This document shows, one piece after another, positions 32,551-42,866 of a DNA stretch of 64,000 nucleotides. The notes under the pieces are model-generated. The model saw nothing but the letters and a program-made list of their open reading frames with translations, had not been told where the DNA came from and ran no database searches. The translations under genes were made by a program, and so were the position numbers. The stretch comes from Dehalococcoidia bacterium. Its GTDB lineage: Bacteria; Chloroflexota; Dehalococcoidia; Bin125. The stretch is from positions 320,001 to 384,000 of the forward strand of contig CAXXRD010000001.1 in the NCBI GenBank assembly GCA_963663895.2, read 5' to 3'. Position 1 is the stretch's first letter, and the number at the start of each line of letters is the position of its first letter.

Positions 32551-32632
32551 CCTCCGTGAGCCGCCCGCGCGCCGCACGCGTGTTGGACCGTGCGGCAGCG
32601 GAGCAGCGCGCCGGCGAGTTGTGACCGCCCCC

Positions 32633-33523
32633 CTACCCCACAATTGCGGGCCGCACCTCCCGCCAGAACCGCTCCAGCCGCCGCAACTGTCCGTCCACCC
32701 GCCCCGTCTCCCAGGCCGCACCCCCATCCCCCAGCATGAGCAGCACCGACGAAACCCCCGCCTCCCGGTGCGTCCGCAGCGCCTCCGTCATCGCCGCCGC
32801 ATCATCGCTCAGCTCTACCATCCACTGAATGGGGAAAGGCTCCCCACTGCGCCCCGCCGCCGCCAGCTCCGCTCGCAGCCGCTGCACCACCGGCTTCGAC
32901 CCGCCGACTCCCTCCATCGAGATCCCGATCCAGCCATTGCCGATCCGCGCCGCCCGCCGCTCCGCCGCCTCCACGAAGCCCCCCACGATGATCGGCGGCC
33001 CGCCCGGCGTCAGCGGCTTCGGCTCCATGTTCATCGCCCGGATCGTCGTGAAGCGTCCGGCGAAGTGCACCGGCTCCGCCCCCCAACATACCCGCAGCAC
33101 CGCCACGCCCTCCTCGAACCGCGCCGCCCGCTCCTCGAAGGCCACGCCGAGCGACTCGTACTCAGCCGCGCTCCAACCCATCCCCACTCCCAAGCGAAAC
33201 CGCCCGCCGCTCAGCACGTCCAACTCCGCCGCCTGCTTCGCCACCAGCGCCGGTTGCCGTTGCGGCAGCACCAGGGCCGCGCTCTGCAACAGCAGCCGCT
33301 CCGTCACCGCCGCCAGGTGCGCGAGCAGCGTGAGCGGCTCATGCTGATCGACCGGCGCCGCGTAGAGCGGCCGCTCCCGGCCCGCCTGCTCGTAGGCATA
33401 GGTCACGTGATCGTTGCTCCCCAGCCAATCGAACCCGATCCCCTCCACCCCCTGCGCGAAGTCGCGCGCCTCCGCCCCGTCCATCCCCCAGCCCTGTCCC
33501 GGAAACATCACGCCCAGCTCCAT
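32633..33523 (-). CDS. LLM-class F420-dependent oxidoreductase (TIGR03619-like)
   Basis: NDHV, HEPLT, LPQRQPALVAKQAAELDVLSGGRFRLGVG.GW. Confidence 0.88.
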   Translation of the reverse strand: MELGVMFPGQGWGMDGAEARDFAQGVEGIGFDWLGSNDHVTYAYEQAGRERPLYAAPVDQHEPLTLLAHLAAVTERLLLQSAALVLPQRQPALVAKQAAELDVLSGGRFRLGVGMGWSAAEYESLGVAFEERAARFEEGVAVLRVCWGAEPVHFAGRFTTIRAMNMEPKPLTPGGPPIIVGGFVEAAERRAARIGNGWIGISMEGVGGSKPVVQRLRAELAAAGRSGEPFPIQWMVELSDDAAAMTEALRTHREAGVSSVLLMLGDGGAAWETGRVDGQLRRLERFWREVRPAIVG

Positions 33524-33759
33524 CGGAATCCTCCACTTCCCGCCGGCGCCGCCGCCAGCGGCGTCCGCGGCATCCACAATCCCGCCGAGCCTATCAGCGC
33601 CCTCCGCCAAGCCGGCAACGAATCGCCGCAAGATTCGGTTAAGCACCAGGCAGTCCAGCGCGCGATCCGTCAGGCGATCCGTCGCCATTGCCGGTCCCGA
33701 ACCGCTATGCTCACGAGGCCAGCCCTACACCACAGTTCGCGCGCTCATCGGGAAGGCCC

Positions 33760-34020
33760 ATGATCACGAACGAACGCCACGCCGGCGAAGAAGGCGTTAT
33801 CCGCAGCGACATCGCCGAGATGATCGACCGCGCCGCCGCCATGGCCGTCTACGCCTACAACGCCGTCAACCAAGCCCGCGAGCACAACGGCGAAACGATC
33901 GCCGTCCCCCAGACCCTCGTCGAGCGCCTCGCCGAGCAGACCTACACCGACGTTCTCCGCTACTCCCTCGACGAGTGCGCCTGCTCTTGTCACCAAGAGC
34001 AAGACCACGAAGCCAACTGA
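33760..34020 (+). CDS. Small hypothetical protein with C-terminal CxCxCH motif
   Basis: 86 aa; GGAAGG RBS; host-like codon usage. Confidence 0.6.
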   Translation: MITNERHAGEEGVIRSDIAEMIDRAAAMAVYAYNAVNQAREHNGETIAVPQTLVERLAEQTYTDVLRYSLDECACSCHQEQDHEAN

Positions 34021-34106
34021 GCCGCCAACCCCTGCTACCCTAGCCTGCGCTTGCACGGTTGCCGCGCGTCCCCGTCCCGGCCGCGCGGCGTGGGAGAAAG
34101 TAAGAA

Positions 34107-34748
34107 ATGACCACCAGCCAATCCGTCGTCACCGAGAAACGCTACGCCAAAGGCTTCACCTGGCCCGAATACCTCGCCTACATCGGCTCCGGCAGAAACC
34201 TCAGCCGTCCCATGCCCAACGGCAAGCCCCGCCCCAACGGCAGCGAGCGCTTCGGCCGCAACATGGACGAGTTCACCCTCAGCGATGACGAGATCGCCCA
34301 GCTCCGGGCGCTGCCCAAGCTCAAGGTCCTCGTCCTCGGCGAGGACTGGTGCCCGGACGTCTTCCGCGGCGCCCCCGTCGTCGCCGCCATGGCCGAGGCC
34401 GCCGGCTGGAGCTTCCGCATGTTCCAGCGCGACGACAACAAGGACATCATGGCCGAGTTCATGAACAAGCAGGGCGACCAAGAGTTCGAGTCCATCCCCG
34501 TGGCCGTGCTCTACACCCAAGATCACCGCTATCTGGGCCACTGGATCGAGCGGCCCCAGGTCGCCAACGATTACATGGCCGGGATGCAGAAGCGCTTCAC
34601 CAAGGGCCCCGGCGAGAGCGACGCGGACATGCGCAAGCGCATCAACGACGAGTACCGCCAGCTCCAAACCAGCGACGAGTGGGACCGTTGGCGGCACGAA
34701 ACCGTGCGCGAGATCATCGCCCTCGTCCAGCAAGCGCTCGACGCCTAG
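34107..34748 (+). CDS. Thioredoxin family protein (monothiol WCPD)
   Basis: VLVLGEDWCPD, RDDN.D.M, SIP, W.ERP. Confidence 0.85.
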   Translation: MTTSQSVVTEKRYAKGFTWPEYLAYIGSGRNLSRPMPNGKPRPNGSERFGRNMDEFTLSDDEIAQLRALPKLKVLVLGEDWCPDVFRGAPVVAAMAEAAGWSFRMFQRDDNKDIMAEFMNKQGDQEFESIPVAVLYTQDHRYLGHWIERPQVANDYMAGMQKRFTKGPGESDADMRKRINDEYRQLQTSDEWDRWRHETVREIIALVQQALDA

Positions 34749-34816
34749 CGACCGGCGCCGCGGCTCCGCTCCTCTCCCCCTCCCCCGGGAGCCGGCCAGA
34801 GGAGCGGCGAAGGCCC

Positions 34817-35611
34817 ATGTCCACTGATCCCCCCGCCTCCAGGCACCGCATCGCCGTGGTCGAGTCCGACCCCGAGCTGCGCGCCGGCAGCGAGGCCTGG
34901 GAACGGCTGGCGGCGGAACTCGGCCGCGCCCAACCCGATCTGCTGGTCCTCAACGAACTGCCCTTCGGCCCCTGGCTGGCCGCCCGCGAGCGCTTCGACG
35001 CCGACGCCTGGCAGGCCTCCATCGCCGATCACGAGGCCGCGATCGCCGCCCTGCCCCAGCTCGGCCCGCCCGCCGTGATCGGCACCCGCCCCGCCGTCCT
35101 GGAGGGGCGGCGCTGCAACCAGGCCTTCCTCTGGACGCGGGAGGGGGGGCTCACGCACCCGCACACCAAGCAGCACATCCCCGACTCGCCCGGCTACCGC
35201 GAGACCACCTGGACCGAGCCCGGCCCCCAACGCTTCGCCACCGCCGACCTGGGGCCGTTGCGCGTCGGCATCCTCATCTGCACGGACATCATGTTCACCG
35301 AGCACGCGCGGGCCTACGGCCGGGCCGGCGCCCATCTGATCGCCGTGCCGCGCGCCACGCCCCCCGGCGCCGCGGCCATCTTCGACGCCGCCCTGCGCAT
35401 GACCGCGATCGTCTCCGGCTGCTACGTCGCCACCTCCAACCGGCGCGGCCGGGACGGCGCCGGCGAGAGGTTCGGCGGGCGCGGCGGCGTCTACGACCCC
35501 CTGGGCGACCCCGTCACCCAGACCTCCGTCCGCCAGCGGCTGCGCCTGCACGAGATCGCCACCGACTACGTCGCCTGGAAGCGGACCGTCTACCCCTGCA
35601 ACGTGGAGTAG
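34817..35611 (+). CDS. Carbon-nitrogen hydrolase (nitrilase superfamily)
   Basis: E-K-C triad: LNELPF, HTKQHIP, ICTDI. Confidence 0.85.
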   Translation: MSTDPPASRHRIAVVESDPELRAGSEAWERLAAELGRAQPDLLVLNELPFGPWLAARERFDADAWQASIADHEAAIAALPQLGPPAVIGTRPAVLEGRRCNQAFLWTREGGLTHPHTKQHIPDSPGYRETTWTEPGPQRFATADLGPLRVGILICTDIMFTEHARAYGRAGAHLIAVPRATPPGAAAIFDAALRMTAIVSGCYVATSNRRGRDGAGERFGGRGGVYDPLGDPVTQTSVRQRLRLHEIATDYVAWKRTVYPCNVE

Positions 35612-35675
35612 CGCGCTCTGGATCAGCGTCGCCGTGATCGCGGCGAAACCAGCAATTGCACGAATATTCGCTTAG

Positions 35676-35718
35676 CTACACGATTTTACGTGTAGGAAAC
35701 TCGATTAATCGTGTAGGA
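35676..35718. promoter_or_regulatory. Operator-like inverted and direct repeats upstream of the Fic gene
   Basis: CTACACGATT (35676-85) / AATCGTGTAG (35707-16) perfect IR; CGTGTAGGA occurs twice. Confidence 0.55.
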
Positions 35719-35750
35719 TTTGGTCGAATAAACGACGGAAAAGATAAAGA

Positions 35751-36836
35751 ATGCGTCTGAAACTCACATACGACAAGGTTCGGGCAACTGCGGGAATGGA
35801 GATCCTCAACCAGAGGCTCTTTGTCCTCAGCAGTCTAATACCACAGGGATTCGAGCCATTCTTCCGCGAAGAGACGCGCTACGAGCGTGCTCGCACATCC
35901 TCGGCGATCGAAGGTCACCACCTTAGCGAGAACGCAGCCCTCCGACTCTTTGTCGAGGGTCCGGATGTGGATGATCCTGCCCAGTTGGAGACCGCCAACT
36001 TGGCTATGGTCTATGAGTTGCTCGGCCATCTTGCTTTAGACGAAACCGTACAGCTTGACGAGGGACTGATCCGAGCAGTGCACTCGATCCTTCTGCGTGG
36101 AGTTGAAGGTCCTCAAGGCGAATCTCGCGGCCGGTACCGCGTTCGACCCGGCGCGATCATCGGTGAATCGTCTCTCGACGTTCGGTATCGACCACCCGCG
36201 CCCGAACAGGTTGCCGAACTGATGGAGCACTTCGTCAGTGATGTGCGGACCTGGCATGAGAATCGCGACGATGCACCGATTACGGCGGCGTTGACACATT
36301 TCGGACTCGTGTCGATCCACCCTTTCGAAGATGGAAACGGCCGGACCGCTCGCGCCGTGGCCGACCTCTTGATGGACCAGGGCAGAGCCACGCTTGGCGG
36401 CCTGCTCACGGTTAGCGCTGCGATCCTGGAAACTCGCGATGAGTACTACAAAGTCTTGGCCGACGTGCAAGGTCCTACGTTCAAAGAAGAGGTCGATGTC
36501 ACGCCATTCATTGATTACCACACACGCGCACTCTCGCTGGCAGCGCTCGAATTAGAGAAGCGGGTCGTGACGATCGCAAAGATACGAAAAGCCCTGGAGG
36601 GCACGGGCCAAGCGCAGCGAACAGTTACAGGCGCAGTTTTCATGGGCCGAGTCGGGCCGATACCCGCCGCTCTCTACGCGAGGTTCAACGGCGTGTCGCA
36701 CAGTACCGCCGTGTCCGACCTCAAGGGAATGATCAAGCGCGGAATGGTCGAAAAGCGAGGCGCTGGCCGAAATACCCGCTACGGCCTTACGGCAGAGTTC
36801 ATGGACAAGGCTAAGCAAGCCGCTTCTGGCTCGTGA
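35751..36836 (+). CDS. Fic family protein with C-terminal winged HTH
   Basis: HPFEDGNGRTAR catalytic motif, SSAIEG inhibitory motif, STA.SDL..M...G...K.GAGRNTRY. Confidence 0.92.
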   Translation: MRLKLTYDKVRATAGMEILNQRLFVLSSLIPQGFEPFFREETRYERARTSSAIEGHHLSENAALRLFVEGPDVDDPAQLETANLAMVYELLGHLALDETVQLDEGLIRAVHSILLRGVEGPQGESRGRYRVRPGAIIGESSLDVRYRPPAPEQVAELMEHFVSDVRTWHENRDDAPITAALTHFGLVSIHPFEDGNGRTARAVADLLMDQGRATLGGLLTVSAAILETRDEYYKVLADVQGPTFKEEVDVTPFIDYHTRALSLAALELEKRVVTIAKIRKALEGTGQAQRTVTGAVFMGRVGPIPAALYARFNGVSHSTAVSDLKGMIKRGMVEKRGAGRNTRYGLTAEFMDKAKQAASGS

Positions 36837-36921
36837 CCAGCCGCCGCGGCGGGTACGTTACGCCGCCGTCGGTTAACGTGCTTGCAGCAAGTTCGATCGC
36901 GGCGCCGCCGGGCGCCGCCGG

Positions 36922-39900
36922 GTGACCGCCATGCCGGGGCAGCTCTTCACCCAGTACTTCCTCAGCGAGGGCATCCAGGCGACCCCCGAGTGGCGGGAGT
37001 CCGTGGAGCGGCCGGAGCCCTTCGCCGTCTTCGCGCGCGCCGTCGTCGATCACTTCAAAGCATTCAGCGGCTACGCGGACCCCAACGAGGCGACCACCGA
37101 GCAGGATCTGATCCGCCCGCTCCTGGAGCTGCTGGGCTGGCGCGACTACCTGCCGCAGCAGGGCGCGGCCCGCAACGAGGACATCCCCGACCTCCTGCTC
37201 TTCGCCGGCGCCGAGGAGAAGGCGCACGCCGCCGGCCGCGGCCATTCCCAGGAGCGCTACGGGGACGCGCTGCTGATCGAGGAGAGCAAGCGCTTCGGCC
37301 TGCCCCTCGACAACCGCGACCCGGACGACGCCGTGCAACGCAGCACCCCCCACGGCCAGATCCTGCGCTACCTGGCGACGGCGGAGGCGGTTGCGGACGG
37401 ACGGCTGCGCTGGGGCGTCCTCACAAACGGCGGCGTCTGGCGGCTCTACGACTACCGCGCCCGGCCCCGCGCCAGCGGCTACTTCGAAGCCGACCTCAAG
37501 GCGATCCTCCAGTCCGGCGACTCGAACGCCCTGCGCACCTTCTACCTGCTCTTCCGCCGCGAGTCGTTCGTCCCGCGCCGGGGCGGCACCTTCATCGAGA
37601 CGGCTCTGGCCGAGGGACGGCGCTACGAGGAGCAGGTCGCGCAGGACCTCTCCAGCGTGGTCTTCGAGCGGGTCTTCCCCAAGCTCGTGGCAGCTCTGGC
37701 GGACGCGGAGGGGGCGGATCTCGCGGAGGCGCGCCAGGCGGCGCTGATCTTCCTCTACCGGCTGCTCTTCCTGCTCTACGCCGAGGACCGGGGCCTGCTC
37801 CCCGTCGACGACTCCCGCTACGACGACTACGGGCTGCGCAAGCGGGTGCGCGACGACATCGCCGGCCGCATGGACCAGAGCGACACCTTCTCCACCACCG
37901 CCAGCCACTACGGCGACCATCTGACGACGCTCTGCCGGCTGATCGATCAGGGCGACGCCTCCATCGGCCTGCCGCCCTACAACGGCGGCCTCTTCGCCCC
38001 CGAAGCCGCGCCGCTGCTGGACCGGGTCCGCCTGCCGGACGCGATCGTGGCCCCGATCGTCTACGACCTCAGCCACGCCGAGACGCGCGAGGGGCGGCGC
38101 TTCGTCAACTACCGCGACATGTCCGTCCAGCAGCTCGGCTCGATCTACGAGCGGCTGCTGGAGCGGGAGCCGGTGCGCGACGGGGCGGGCGCGATCACCA
38201 TCCGCCCCAACCCCTACGCCCGCAAGGACAGTGGCAGCTTCTACACCCCCCAGGAGCTGGTCGACCTGATCGTGGACCGTACCCTGAAGCCGCTGGCCGA
38301 GGAGCGGCTGCGGGCCTTCGAGGAGAAGTCCAAAGCGCTCAAGAGCGACCGCCGCCCCAAGGCCCAGCGGCTGGCCGAACTGCGCGAGCTGGACCCGGCC
38401 GCGGCCGTGCTCGATCTCAAGGTGCTGGACCCGGCCATGGGCAGCGGCCACTTCCTCGTCACCGCCGTCGACTTCCTCTCGGACTACATCGCCGAGCTGG
38501 TCGAGTACGTCCCGGCCGTGCCGGAATGGCTCGGCGGCGGCAAGGGCGGGAAAGGCGCGGCGGACGCGGCCTACGCCTCGCCGCTGGTGGAGCGGATAGC
38601 GGCGATCCGGGCCGAGATCATCGAGCGGGCGCGGGCGGCGGACTGGGTCCTGGACGCGGCCCAACTCAGCGACCAGGCGATCATCCGCCGCATGGTCCTC
38701 AAGCGCTGCATCTACGGGGTGGACAAGAACCCCCTCACCGTCGAGCTGGCCAAGGTGGCGCTGTGGCTGCACAGCTTCACCGTGGGCGCGCCGCTCTCCT
38801 TCCTCGACCACCACCTGCGCTGCGGCGATTCCCTGATCGGCCTGCGCGTGCTGGAGGCACGGGAGGAGCTGCGGCGGCTGGGGGGACTGTCCGCCAGCTC
38901 CGCCATCGCGGGCGCCGAGAGCGCCGCCTCGGGGATGCAGCGGATCGAGGAGCTGTCCGACGCCGACGTGGCCGAGGTGCGGGAATCCGCCGACCTCTTC
39001 CGGGGCGTCGAAGGGACCACGGCCGACCTGCGGGGGCTGCTCGACATCCTCTGCGGGCTGCGCTGGCTGAGCGCCGGGATGAAGAAGCGGGACCGCGCCG
39101 CCTTCGAGGCGCCGCTCGCGGAGGCGCTGGACCGGCAGCCGGCCCAGGCCTACGCCCTACTGGCCCGGGGCCGGGCAGCCGCCGATCCCACGGCCGATTC
39201 CCAAGCATTCGGGGAGCGCTGGGCGGCCGCCCGATCGCTTGCCGACCGCGAGCGCTTCCTGCACTGGGAGGCGGCCTTCCCCGGCGTCTGGCAGGGGTGG
39301 CAGGACAACAGGCCGCGGGGCGGGTTCGACGCCGTGATCGGCAATCCGCCCTGGGACCGGATCAAATTGCAGGAGGTGGAGTGGTTCGCCACGCGCTCGC
39401 CCGCGCTGGCTCTCGCCGAAACGGCGGCCGCCCGGCGGGCCGCCATCGGGCGGCTGCGGGAGGCGGGCGACCCCCTGGCGGCCGAGTTCGACGCGGCCAA
39501 GGGACGGGCGGAGGCGCTGGCCAAGCTGGTGCGCGGCTGCGGCCACTACCCCCTGCTGGGCGGCGGCGACGTCAACCTCTATTCGCTCTTCGTGGAGCGG
39601 GCCCTGCGCCTGATCAATCCCAACGGCCTGGTGGGGCTGCTCACCCCCTCCGGGATCTACGCCGACAAGAGCGCCGCCCGCTTCTTCCAGTCCCTCTCCA
39701 CGGGCGGGGCGCATCGCCGGCCTCTTCGACTTCGAGAACCGCCGACTCGGCACGGATCTGCCGCCCTTCTTCCCCGACGTGGACTCGCGCTTCAAGTTCT
39801 GCGCCCTCGTCTTCGGCGGCGAGGGGCGGCGCTTCGCCGAGACCGAATGCGCCTTCTTCCTGCACGATGTCGCGACCATCAAGGAGCGGGAGCGCTGCTT

Positions 39901-40981
39901 CCCACTGGCGCCGGACGACTTCGCGAGGGTGAACCCGAACACGGGCACGGCGCCCGTCTTTCGCACGCGGCGCGACGCCGAGATCACCGGCCGCATCTAC
40001 GAGCGGCATCCGGTGCTGGTGGACCGATCGGGCGGCGTAGAGCGCCGCGCCTGGCCCGTGCGCTACGTGCGCATGTTCGACATGACCAACGACTCCGGCC
40101 TCTTCCGCACGGCGGCGCAGTTGGAGGCCGAGGGGTGCTATCCGGTCCAGGGCAACCGCTGGAAAAGGGGCGATGATCTGTTCCTGCCGCTGTACCAGGG
40201 GCGGATGATCCACCAGTTCGACCACCGGGCCAACTCGGTCCGGGTCAACCCGGAGAGCACGCACAATCCCTACCTCAGCGAGGAGGTTAGCAAGGAACAG
40301 CACCGCGACCCCGATTTCCTGCCCCAGTCGCAGTACTGGGTGCCCGCCCAGGAGGTCGAGGAGGATTTCCCACAGAGCCCTGGCTATACATTGGGGTTCC
40401 GGAGCATTACCCGCCCAACGGATGTGCGAACCATGATCGTCGCAACCGTTCCATGGGCTGGCTATGGGAACAGCCTTGGGTTGATAGAAGTTGGAAGTCC
40501 TGAAGTAGCCGCGCTGCTATCGGCCAGTATCAATTCCTTCTGCGTGGATTTCGTTGCAAGGCAGAAGATCCAGGGAGCAAATCTAAATTGGTTCATCTTT
40601 GAACAACTCCCCGTCATCGCCACCAGCGACTACGACCGCCGCTTCGGGGCAGTGAGCGCCCGCGATCTGGTACGGGACCACGTGCTGCGGCTCGTCTACA
40701 CCGCCCACGACATGGCGCCCTTCGCGCGGGACCTCGGCCACGACGGCCCGCCCTTCCTCTGGGACGAAGAGGAGCGCCGCCACCTGCGCGCCCGCCTGGA
40801 CGCGCTCTACTTCCACCTCTACGGCCTCGGCCGGGAGGACGCGGACTACGTGCTGGGCACCTTCCCCATCGTCCGCCGGGAGGACGAGGCCCGCTTCGGC
40901 AGTTACCGCACCCGCGACCTCGTCCTGGCCTACATGAACGCGCTGGCGGCGGGGGACACGGAGGCGGTGGTGGCGGTGTAG
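36922..40981 (+). pseudogene. Type IIG (Eco57I-like) fused restriction-modification enzyme with +1 frameshift at 39706-39709
   Basis: PD..EESK nuclease, GSFYTP, DPAMGSGHF, GNPPW; deleting one G joins the two ORFs (STGGRIAGLFDFENR) into 1352 aa. May be a sequencing error. Confidence 0.82.
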
Positions 40982-41052
40982 GAAAGATTCGAGAACAAAG
41001 TCCCTTCAGAGAAGGGAGAAGGGCAGTGGAATGTGATGTGGGCTGAGAACTA

Positions 41053-42570
41053 CTAAGGTCCGAGCCGCCATGAGCCACTGGGATCTTGTTCAGGCATACT
41101 ACGGGGACTGTAAAGTCTACCCTGGGCAGCATCGGCGAACCAACCCATCCACCGCTCAATGAAGTCTTCCTCGTCCCCTTGATCGATAGGAGTGAATTTC
41201 CGAGCAACCTGATACTCGTCTACGACTGTCGAAAGCGCACCATAAGCACTTCGCCCTGGATCCAAAGCGAAGGGTTTAAAAGCGCTTTTTCCTAATAGTG
41301 AAAAGAAGGCTGTCTCGTACCAGCGAAAGACGCCAGGATCGCGAGCATCGCAGTACCACAGTGAGTGAGATCTACCCGTATATCCACGCTGATCAGATGA
41401 AACACGGAGGGCAATGCTAACGCTTGAGTAAGCCACCACCTCAAATGGTGATCTTTCTCCGGATTGCAATTCTGCCATCCTCAATGGATCCACGATCAAC
41501 TTAGCCCCGTTGAGAGACCACAACCAAGGATCGAGCGGTATGCTCAGCAGTTTCTGCACGCTCGACTCGGCTCCATCCAGAGGCCATGCAAATCCTTTCG
41601 ATATCTTGGCCGCAGGCGCGTTCGCCGCGATCTGCTCGCGCAAAATACGCACGATGTGCACCCACGATTTAGCTGCCGCCTCGAACAGATCATGCCGACG
41701 CTCCTTCTCAGATCGAGCAACGGACTGCTGTCGAGCTACTTCGGCTTCTCGTGAAACCGCGATTTGATTGGCTTGCTGGAGCCGCTGCGCCCCCTCCGAG
41801 GCCAGTTGCACGCTCTTTCGCAATTGTGTGAGCAAGTTCTGAGGCGTCGGTCGCGCTTGAGCACTCTTGTTGAGGCATCCGGCAACCAGAGACTGAATCC
41901 TTGGAGGAACGTTTGGTAGTGGCCCTGGATCTTCCCCGAGGTGCTGGCGTCTGTAGTCGGGACCTAGAAAGGGCGGTTGCCCGGCAAGCAACTCGTAGGC
42001 GACCAATCCCGTTGCATACACATCGGTCGCGCTGGTGGCCTGGTCTCCTCGCCATTGCTCTGGAGCCGCATAGGGAGGAGTCATTGCATGTTTGTGTGTG
42101 TCTGGAGCGGTTGTGGCCTCGGCATATCTGGAGATTCCGAAGTCTGCGAGGCACCAGTGTCCGCCCAGTAGAAGGATATTTGCTGGCTTGATGTCTCGAT
42201 GGACGATGCAGCGATCCTCTATCGCCACCAACGCTCCGGCGATATCGACGAGCACTTCTACAGTCGCATCGGCGGAGAGAGGTCCGCCCACTTCGTCGAG
42301 ATACTCTCTCAGCGACTTTTCCGCTCGCGGCATCACGAGAGCCCAGTAGTCGTCCCATTCCCCTCGATCAAGGACCGGCACGACGTTCGGCAGACCATCC
42401 AATTCTTCAAACAGAAGCTCTCGTTTGGCGCCTGGGTCCTTTCGGATGAGCTTGACGACCGCTGGCGTCCCATCCCCTGACTGAGCCAGGTAAACTTTTC
42501 CGAAGCCACCCGCGCCCAGTTGCTCCCCGACGCGCCACCCTTCTTGATCAAGATTGATAACTTCAGGCAT
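41053..42570 (-). CDS. Serine/threonine protein kinase with uncharacterised C-terminal domain
   Basis: GAGGFG, VVK, HRDIKPAN, DFG, APE; low-GC insert; GAGGG RBS. Confidence 0.92.
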   Translation of the reverse strand: MPEVINLDQEGWRVGEQLGAGGFGKVYLAQSGDGTPAVVKLIRKDPGAKRELLFEELDGLPNVVPVLDRGEWDDYWALVMPRAEKSLREYLDEVGGPLSADATVEVLVDIAGALVAIEDRCIVHRDIKPANILLLGGHWCLADFGISRYAEATTAPDTHKHAMTPPYAAPEQWRGDQATSATDVYATGLVAYELLAGQPPFLGPDYRRQHLGEDPGPLPNVPPRIQSLVAGCLNKSAQARPTPQNLLTQLRKSVQLASEGAQRLQQANQIAVSREAEVARQQSVARSEKERRHDLFEAAAKSWVHIVRILREQIAANAPAAKISKGFAWPLDGAESSVQKLLSIPLDPWLWSLNGAKLIVDPLRMAELQSGERSPFEVVAYSSVSIALRVSSDQRGYTGRSHSLWYCDARDPGVFRWYETAFFSLLGKSAFKPFALDPGRSAYGALSTVVDEYQVARKFTPIDQGDEEDFIERWMGWFADAAQGRLYSPRSMPEQDPSGSWRLGP

Positions 42571-42616
42571 CTGACCCTCGTTCAACGCTTCACCTATCCC
42601 CTCGGGCTCACTATGC

Positions 42617-42643
42617 AGAGTAAGAGTAAGAGTAAGAGTAAGA
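42617..42643 (-). repeat. Hexamer microsatellite (TACTCT)4 overlapping the -10 box
   Basis: + strand AGAGTA x4 plus AGA. Confidence 0.9.
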
Positions 42644-42663
42644 ACGTCAGTTCTGTCCGTCAA
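42635..42663 (-). promoter_or_regulatory. Sigma-70 promoter TTGACG-17-TACTCT containing perfect LexA box AGAAC-TGAC-GTTCT (42641-42654)
   Basis: Minus strand reads TTGACG gac AGAACTGACGTTCT TACTCT, upstream of the kinase. Confidence 0.78.
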
Positions 42664-42707
42664 TTTCCCCCAGCGAGCGCCGACCCGCTGAGCGAAGCCC
42701 GCGGCGC

Positions 42708-42866
42708 CTAGTCCGGCGTCTCCTCTGCCTGCGGCACATCCAAGATCGCGATGAGCTCGTCCGCGTAGTAGAGCCGCGGCCGGTGATCGGCCACCGCCAG
42801 CACGCCCGCCTTGACAAGCCGATCCAGGAGCCTGCGGGCCCCTTGCGGGGTCACGCCCAGCACGAT
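42708..42866 (-). pseudogene. C-terminal winged-HTH fragment, probably of a Fic-family gene
   Basis: LGVTPQGARRLLDRLVKAGVL....RPRLYYADELIAIL; high-GC codons stop abruptly at an AT-rich inverted repeat. Confidence 0.55.
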
